NCBI GenBank assembly: GCA_030141605.1
Contig: JAQGDQ010002387.1
Coordinates: 211,691-275,690 of the forward strand
Source: Tubiluchus corallicola
Lineage: Eukaryota; Animalia; Priapulida
Reading direction: 5' to 3'
Length of the DNA stretch: 64,000 nt
Below, piece after piece: positions 55,920 to 64,000 of this stretch. The position numbers were made by a program, and so were the translations under genes. The notes beneath the pieces are model-generated. The model was given only the letters and a program-made list of their open reading frames with translations. It was not told where the DNA came from and did not search any database. Position 1 is the first letter of the stretch. Each line of letters starts with the position of its first letter.

Positions 55920-57047
55920 ATGGAGAAGTCTCGTGATGCAAGGTCCGTTGACTTGGACAATAATCCTAAACATCTAAAGCAAGAAGAGGAGATAAACACT
56001 GAGTCACCTCCCACAAGTGGCAATAACTTCAATGTTATTTTTGAAACTGGTTTGTATCAGCAACTAAGGCCACTGTTGACAAGCGCAATGTTTTTTGGTC
56101 TCTTTCATATTCCTAACTGCAGAAAGAAAAATGCACTATTTGGACTTGTATTGTTGTGCTCTCGTAGCACCATTTGGTCATTAATTAATCTGATCTTTGT
56201 CACTTCAACAACTGTGCTCTTGTTTCTGATTGATTATGAGGATATTGAGACAGTGATACTCACAACGCCAACAGGAATTGCAAAAATGTTTGTCATTTTA
56301 ATGCAGGCAACATTATCTTTGATAAGATGGCTGATCTTCTTTGCTGGTCTCAGAATGGCACACATTATGGAAAAATCATATGAGGTTCAAGAAGCAGAAA
56401 AAATCTATTCTTCTCTTATTCCTACAAAAAAGAACAAGAAGAAAAATTTCGAGAAAAGAATGGTATGGAGCCTGACTGTATTTGGATGGATTGTTATTTT
56501 TTACTCGTCTGTCAAGGAAGTTTTTGTTTTCTGTGAGATATTTGTGGAAGATCTGGAAAAGGGAGCCATTTTTGACATTGTGGCGATAATCATACTTTTC
56601 CTGTATGACAAATTTCTGTTGGCAACCGTCATGTTTCCCGCATTTACCATAACGAGTTTATCTTTTATATTAAAGACTAATCAAAATTTGGCACTGAAAA
56701 TGGAAAATCTCTCAGATGAAGAGATTATGTTATTTTTGAAAAGGCAAACGAAGTATGTTCATCTGGTCAAGGCCATAGACAACGTCATATCTCCGACATT
56801 GTTGATGATCTGTCTGGCAAGTTTTATGGTAGTTGTGGTACAAATTTATCTTTTCAGTCACAATTTCTATTCTGGCATTCCCCCAGGTCATCTGCAGCAA
56901 TATTTGTATGTCTACTCTACCATGCAGTCTGTATCATTTCTGATGATTCTGGTTAGCTGTACAGCAGTACATGAAAGCGTTATGGAGGCTGAAACAAAGT
57001 TACATGAGTTGAATAAAGAAAGTCTGGGGGACACAGTACGTTATGAA
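55920..57047 (+). CDS. GR/GRL-like variable first exon E (constant exons not in window downstream)
   Basis: 376 codons; LRPLLTSAMFFGLFH; ends VRYE, donor GAA|gtaagt, phase 0. Confidence 0.83.
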
Positions 57048-57929
57048 GTAAGTTTTTATCATTACCTTGCTGAAGACATTTATAAATGTCCCTCTTGTTT
57101 ACAAGTATGAAGACGATAGTCTAAATGGTAGATTATCTTAAAGAAACGGCCCCAAATGATGGTAATCGTGAACAGAAAGATGTTTTCTTAAAAATGTTTA
57201 TTTATTTTTCACATTATGCGTGCAATCCAACAGTAACAAAACAAAATTCATGCTTGTGAAGCAGCAGTGAGCTAAGGTAATTACGAAAATGTATGAAGAA
57301 ATATCAAGATTAGCAAAGAAAATAAGCAAACAGATTGATTAAACTGTCATATTCCAAATTACTCAAAACAAGCGTTCTAGAGTTATCGAAAGTCAGCACC
57401 AACGAGGTGCATCAGTGGCTTTGTATGAAATGCACAATAGTTAAATGTTTAGAAATTTTGATAGTGTACCACGTGAACACCCAGAATCTCCCATTCTCCC
57501 AGGAAGCTTTAAAAATTCCCCCACGTACATCAGTTTTGGACCACATAAGCAACGCTATACAGCAACTAAATAATAATAACTTCAGCATAGACGTGTTACG
57601 TGATGACACCAGCAAAGGTGTTGATATATATTTTTGAGCTGATCGTTTTGCCCAACTGCTACAATGTGTTAAATTGTTAGGGTACTCTAAACTTGCTGAA
57701 CTATCTTCGTGTGACATCTTCAGCTCAGGTACCCTCAGCGAGTACTTCGTGACCGTGTTCAATACTCTCTCTTGGAGGTTTCATTTAGTATACTATTTTA
57801 AGCTGCCTACTTTGCTGGTTGAGGATAGTTCACCTCTGCCAGCTTAGTGACTTATCTCTGAGAGTTAACATTGAAATAAATTAGGCTCTGGTCTCTTACC
57901 ACAAATATAACAACGAATAGGCCCTGATC

Positions 57930-58830
57930 TATTCGATGTTTATTCGTTTTCCTACAAAGAGAATCATCTATAAAGCAGCTTATCCAAAGATTTTCTGAAC
58001 TTATTACGCGATAGTATGCCAGCTGACCACCCATCGGTGGACAAGTTAAATAAGATACTGTTATTGTTTCGCCTAGCTAAGATGCTTACAATGACAAGCA
58101 AGAGAGAATATGGTCTTACGTATTTACAGAAATATGATGATAAAGGCTTGAAATCTTAAATTACCCAACTATATTTGCCTGTTAGTCTTAATAATGTGCA
58201 CTTGTGTTAATAGAGTTTGGCAACTAAAAGTTTAGCTTTATCGACCATCAGAAAGTTTTGAAATTAACATATGGGGCTAGTAATTCAATTACTTTACTCA
58301 TGTAAGGTAATCTTATAGCATTGTAAAATGGACATGTTAATAAATAAAACAACTCATCTCTACTTTCTTAAAACTACTGATTAAAGATTTGTTTCTAGTA
58401 TCAATGGAAAGCTTATTGCATTCATTTATATAAGACAGGAAGAAACTTGATTGAAAGTAGTTAGAATTGCAAGACATTAACGACAAATTTTCACTATTAT
58501 GCAAATTATAATAAGTTCTATCATAAACATGTAGCACAAGTAGAGAAGTAAGGTAACACGGAGAAGCTCCTTTAACTATTTTATAAAATAAAAGCATTTT
58601 ATGAATGTATCTTTTGTGTGACATGTTTTCCCAAGAAAGATCTTTCAGCAATTTCTCACCGTATGTAACAAAAACAGCCCCTGTCACTACTAACGAAGCA
58701 TGGTACTGAATTTGCTCAACAACTAGAACACTTGCTTCTGAACAATATTTTAGCAATCACAGTATTCAAATGAGAGGATGAGGAAAAATAACTATAATAT
58801 AATATGTTGGGATTTAACGCTGGATATCAG
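57930..58830 (-). mobile_element. Decayed CR1-group LINE 3' fragment
   Basis: ORF 58337-58756 reads EQIQYHASLVVTGA..LLKDLSWENMSHKR..HKMLLFYKIV.G.SP.YL..YNL..FQSSFF, the post-RT region of CR1-type ORF2. Boundaries are approximate. Confidence 0.75.
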
Positions 58831-59635
58831 CTCTGAAAAGAAGTCGAGTTAATTACTCTTAGGCGCAGTTTGCAGTTGCACTCAAAGGGATAGACGGCAG
58901 CACATGTCCATTGAGTAAATGAAGCCAGTATTAAGGAATCAGAATCAGAATCAGTGTAAGTTAAGGAAGAATCAGAATCAGTATTAAGTTAAGGGGCGAG
59001 GTCGACTTGTGCGAGCATCAAGTGAAAAATAGTCAAGTTAAAGTCGACCAATACTTTGGTGCTGTCAAGGCACTGAGTCAGTAGGAGAATAAAGAAGTGA
59101 AGTGCGAAAGAATAAAGTATTCAAATATTGGGTGTACCCAAAAACGATGTTGTCACTTCCTGTATCGCCTACTTTCTTCTAGAATTTTGCAGTATAATTT
59201 TGGCGGACAGAAAAGTTAATAATCTGTGCAGAGGATTGTTAATAATCGGTTTTAGTGGTTTTACGTAGTGCGCTCTTCAGTGAAAAACTGTATCATTTAA
59301 ATTTGCTAATCCATGGTTAAAACCTAAGTAACAAATTGTCAATTATTCTTTTTCGAAAATTAAAGACATCGCATCCTTGAATTTTTTTAAATATGTATTC
59401 GATTCAAGATTTTCGTATTTAAGTTTGTGTAAATTTGTTTTTTATAATTATTATTTCTATAGTTACTCAATTGGACCCAAATACCTGCTAGACCCCAAAG
59501 TCATTCAGTACGATTCCGGCTCCTAAACGCAACCATACGAATGGCAAGACTATAATTGTTTGATTGGCCAGATATTAGTAACCGTGTCATTCTGGTATCG
59601 TTCACGTTGCTAGTAAAACAGCAAAGAAGCGAAAT

Positions 59636-60360
59636 TAATAATAATAATAATAAAAAAATAAAAAATAAAATAATTATTATAATTATAATAATAATAATAG
59701 TAACCTTTATTTAAAGTCAGCATTAAATTCAAAAGACAACACAAGTCTGCCACGACGCTTTTGTGGTTTCTATCTCTAATGACCAGTGTTGAAATGCTCA
59801 AATCTTTCTGTGCAAAATCTAAATATGCTAACGTTTGTCCGCCTGCTGTCCTTTCTGGCTGGTTCTATCGTTTGCTGAAGACCTTTAATGAATTAGTTTC
59901 AGGTAGTCAAAGCATATGACCATAGTACCTGGAATATTAATGGTGCATTTTATAGAGTTGGGAATAACACTGTCTCAAAATTTAATGAAGATGGCTTTGT
60001 GGCCTATTTGCCAGTGACATTATTTGTCTAATTGAAGCACATTCTAATTCTAGTCCACAGATTATGCTTAAAATCTATACATGTGTACAAAATTGTCATC
60101 CCAATTCAGATAAGCGCCATTTTGGAGATTGTTCTAGTGAAGAATTCAATTCGCCGCGGTGCAAAATCCATTGACAGTAAATGTTCCGAATATATTTCGT
60201 TAAAATGTTAAAAGATTTCTTTGATCTTGAAAGAGATGTGTATATCAGTGCAACATATGGTATCACCAAGGGATGCGTCTTTTAATTTGCGAAATAATTT
60301 GGATGTTTTTACTTTATTAAAAAATGATATTATTAAATTTAGAATGCAAGATGAACCTGA
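59636..60360 (-). mobile_element. Highly decayed RTE-like LINE 3' fragment with (TAT)n tail
   Basis: Minus-strand pieces RYYGHML*LPETNSLK ... GGQTLAYLDFAQKDL ... RDRN resemble the RTE C-terminus (RWFGHV.RM..GRP..W.D.V..DL..DR). The trinucleotide tail is at 59636-59700. Confidence 0.5.
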
Positions 60361-60368
60361 TTTCATTT

Positions 60369-63300
60369 TATATATATATATATATATATAATAATCTTTA
60401 TTTGCCATTAAAAACATTGATAATCACTGATAAAAACTTTATAGAGATAATCAATCAGTGTTAGTTAATAAAAACTTACACTGCTGAAGGCAAATGCGTC
60501 AGTGCAATCTAAACTACTGTGCAGTAATGACGAATAAAAGCAAACATATTTACAACTATACACAAAAAAATATAAAAAAAACTATGATTTAATTAATATG
60601 GCCGTGGGTATATGAATTCGGAATTAGTGTGTATGTTGTCGTACTGGTGTGATGGTATTTCATATCTGGTTAATATTAGTGATTTTAATTTTGTTTTAAA
60701 TGCTGATAGGGACTTGATTTGTTTAACCTGTAATGGTAGAGAATTCCAAAGTAAAATTGCTTGTTTGATTACAGAGTTCGTTCCATAGTGGGTATTTGTC
60801 CTAATTTGTTTTAGATTGCTTGTTCTGGAATTAACGATAGGATTTGGAAAAAAGATAAATCTGTTATTCTGGAATGGTTTGCTGATGTTGTTAATATATT
60901 TATATATAAAAAGCAGAGTAAAATATTCTTTGTGTGCTTCAATGATTGGGAATTTTAAAGTTTTTCTCAGGTTAGTTGTTGAAGCTTTGAATTTTTGTCT
61001 ACTTGCCTTGTGTTTGTATGAGTACCCAGCTATCAATCTCAACGCATAGTTTTGAAGGAGATTTAATTTTAAGTAATTTTCTCTTTTGGTTTTTTGAAGT
61101 AGCGTACATCCATATAAGAAGTGTGGTAGAACTAAAGTTTTATATATTAGTGTTTTAGTTTCCTTTGTTAGTTGCCCTTTAACTTGTCGGAGATATGATG
61201 TGCTAGATGCCATTTTTGTGTATATGTTATTAAAGTGATCATCCCATGAAAGATTATTGTCTACTTGTATGCCCAGGAATTTAACATTGTTAGTTTTTTT
61301 TGATTACAGCATTATCTATTGTCAAAGTGGTTGATGATGCATCATTAGTATTTAATGAGGGTGACAGTATCATGAATTCTGTTTTGTCATTATTCATTTT
61401 TAGCTTGTAATGACTAAATGCCATATTTATATTTTTTATATCTTCTTCTAAATAATTTTTTGCAGTTTGGACATTTTCATGGGCTATGTAGATTGTAGTG
61501 TCATCAGCGTATTGCGTTATTTGTGAGTGTTTTAATACACTGGATATGTTGTTTATATATAGGCAAAATAATAACGGACCTAGTAGTGTTCCTTGCGGTA
61601 TACCTCTGTTTAACGTGGCCCAGTCAGAAAAGTTGGTTGTATCTAACTTTACTCGTTGTTGTCTATCTTTGAGATAATTTTGTATCAGTTTTAACGATAT
61701 CGAATCTAATCCGATTTGTTTTAAATTATCGTAAAGTAGTTCGTGATTAATGCTATCGAAAGCTTTACTTAAATCCAAAAATGCTGCTAAAATGTATTGC
61801 TTGTTGTCTAAACTATGTCTCCAATTTTCTGTTGTGTGTATTAGGGCGTCAATGGTTGAATGATGTTTACGGAAGCCAAACTGATGTTTTGATAAAAGTT
61901 CATGTTTATTTACATATGAATTTATCTGATCATAAATTACCCTTTCCCAAACTTTGCCGAAACAATGGATTACGGAAATTGGGCGATAATTCATGGGATC
62001 ACATTTTGGATCTTTTTTATGGATTGGAGTCACATTTGCCATTTTACATACCGTTGGAAATTTGCCTCTCATAATTATCTGATTAGCAATGTAAGTCATA
62101 TGCGGGGCTATTACAGATGCGCTATCTTTTAGAATTTTGATAGGAATATCTGATGGTCCACTCCCTTTGTTGGAACTTAGGTTATTTAATATGTCGTTAA
62201 TTTCTCCTACTGTGACGCTTTTGAATGAGAATACTGTGTTAGACGATTTGTTTTTTAATTTATTAATTATATTATTGCTAATATGAGAAGCCACTCCCTT
62301 AAAATTTCCAAGATTCAGGAATATTGCATTTAACGCGTTGGCAATATCTTTGGGTTTTGTAATAACAGTGTTGTTGATCTTAATTTCGTCAACACGCGTT
62401 AGTTTGTTACGGCATTTATTTATTACATTGTTAATAATTTTCCATTTTTCTTTGGTATTTGTTGCGTTTTTACATTGTTGTTGTATATGTTTATTTTTCA
62501 AGCATTTATTAAGATTATTAAATTGATTTCTCTTTTTTTTATAATTGTTATGATTGTTTTTAGTTTTGTTCTTTTCCCATATATTATACATTCTGTTTTT
62601 CGCTATTCTTAGTTTGCCAAGTTCAGGTGTTGTCCAGGTACTTTCGTTATTGAGTTTGCTTTGTTGTGGGATTTGCTTTACGTTTTTATATGGTGCATGT
62701 ACATTAAGGCAATATTCGACATTATATGTCAGAATATTAACTTGTGTATCTATTTTATCAGTCATATATATGGAGGTCCAGTTCATTTTTGCTAAGTCGA
62801 TTAAGTATGAATGTTTGTTGTATTGGGCGTAGTCTCTCATTAAATGCCAGACTGAATTTTGGTTATTATTATGCTGTGGGGTCATTTATCTACTAATATT
62901 GTGAAATGATGATCTGAATAATCACACGGGAAAGTATCATATGCTACGAAATTATTGTTACTATTCGAAATGAAATGGTCGATTACTGTAGCTGATGTTT
63001 TAGAAATTCGAGTAGGTTTATTGTTGTTAAGTATGTGGACATTATATTGTTTTAAAAGCTCTGTGTATGTTTTGTATGCCAGTGTGTTTGTAGCTAAAAT
63101 ATCAAGGTTGAAATCGCCCATTATAAGAACTTTTTTATTTTCGAAAACACTGCGTTCTAGTTCTTCACTAAAGTATTTGAAAAATGTTTTGTGTTTGAGA
63201 TTGGGTGGTCTATATATGGTTCCTATTACATAGTTCTCAATGCTGCACCAAACAGATTCAATCTTGCCGGTTCTGATGCCTTTCATTTCTTGTGGTCTCA

Positions 63301-64000
63301 GGTGTGAAGGTATATACATTGCAACCCCTCCACCTTTCTTATTTTTACATCTATCTCTTCTTATTAATGTGTGATTAGGTAATTCTATAGTGTTGCTAAG
63401 TATTTGTTTATGTAGCCAAGTTTCTGTTGTGCCTACAATCAGATTTTCGGTGGCGTGAATTGTATCTTTCAGCAGCCAGTGTTTTTTGACGAGACTTTGA
63501 ATATTTATATTTAGAAATTTGATGTTCTTTTTATAAGTAATCATGCATTTTTTTAGCTCATCACTGGTATTATTATTGTTGGTGTTATTATTATTATTAT
63601 TTGGCAAAATGGGTCCAGGGTTAGTTGCGATACCACCAAGTATAAGTAGTAAACGAATTATGGTTAAAATGTAAGCCAGTTCAGAACATGAGTATAGAGT
63701 GCTTTCAAATTTAGATGAAATCTGTAATTTTTCCAATTTTTTTAGAGCTACGTATTTTAGATTGACATGACGCATTTGTCTTATAGCACTGAGGTACACA
63801 ACTTTTAAGATGGATACAAATCTTTTTAAAATAAATTGCATAGAGTGTCTTATTCTATCGCTATTTACAGGAAAAGCAATGAAAAAGTTGTTTAAATTAC
63901 CTTTAGTCATTACATTACAAATTACTGTTACGTAGATCATTTTCAGTTTTAGTATGGATAGTAATGTACGTAGAATAACTAAGACGTAAGCATAGTTACA
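60369..64000 (-). mobile_element. Nearly intact CR1/L2-group non-LTR retrotransposon (APE endonuclease + RT), running off the window edge
   Basis: APE: NINIQSL..GTTETWL..RRDR..GGGVAMY..GTIYRPP..MGDFN..PTR..IDHF..SDH (62882-63940). RT: NYRPIS..QFGFRK..FLDLSKAFD..GIPQGTLLGPLLF..YADD (61290-62885). C-terminus 60593-61213. Only two frameshifts (~62884, and an 8-nt A run at ~61294-61301). 3' UTR with (TA)n tail. Confidence 0.95.

Noticed and set aside
57729-57830. Possible constant exon 2 for D/E (..TLSWRFHLV..)
   Set aside because: The W-containing frame is not phase 0 with the nearby AG (that frame stops after 7 codons). There is no QL/GLT motif and no following TM7 exon.
59903-60031. tttcag|GTAGTCAAA.. 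as a constant exon for D/E
   Set aside because: The translation (VVKAYDHSTW..) has no GR similarity; it is the antisense of the RTE-like fragment.

Overview
AT-rich genomic DNA from an invertebrate animal. GT-AG introns, LINEs, SINE heads and microsatellites are present; there are no prokaryotic features and no CRISPR array. Bases 1-24.6 kb are gene-poor, containing minisatellites, MITE/Helitron-like remnants and a 5S-derived SINE-like head. An internally deleted pogo/Tigger-like transposon (24633-25585) precedes an intronless Shaker/Kv1 potassium channel CDS (~26.5-28.0 kb). A decayed RTEX-like LINE and an intronless BTB-BACK-(MATH-like) gene follow. The standout is a gustatory-receptor-like (GR/GRL, 7TM ion-channel chemoreceptor) locus with variable/constant architecture. 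Five paralogous ~1.1-1.2 kb exons (TM1-TM6) each end at the same phase-0 donor (...RYE|GT). The window holds only ONE copy of the two short C-terminal exons (50166-50255 and 50884-51045, TM7 motif TFFIVIVQF). Three variable exons lie upstream of that constant cassette; two lie downstream with no constant exons before the window ends. The window ends inside a nearly intact CR1/L2-group LINE carrying a non-canonical 2A-like NPGP motif. All calls are from manual reading; no searches were run.
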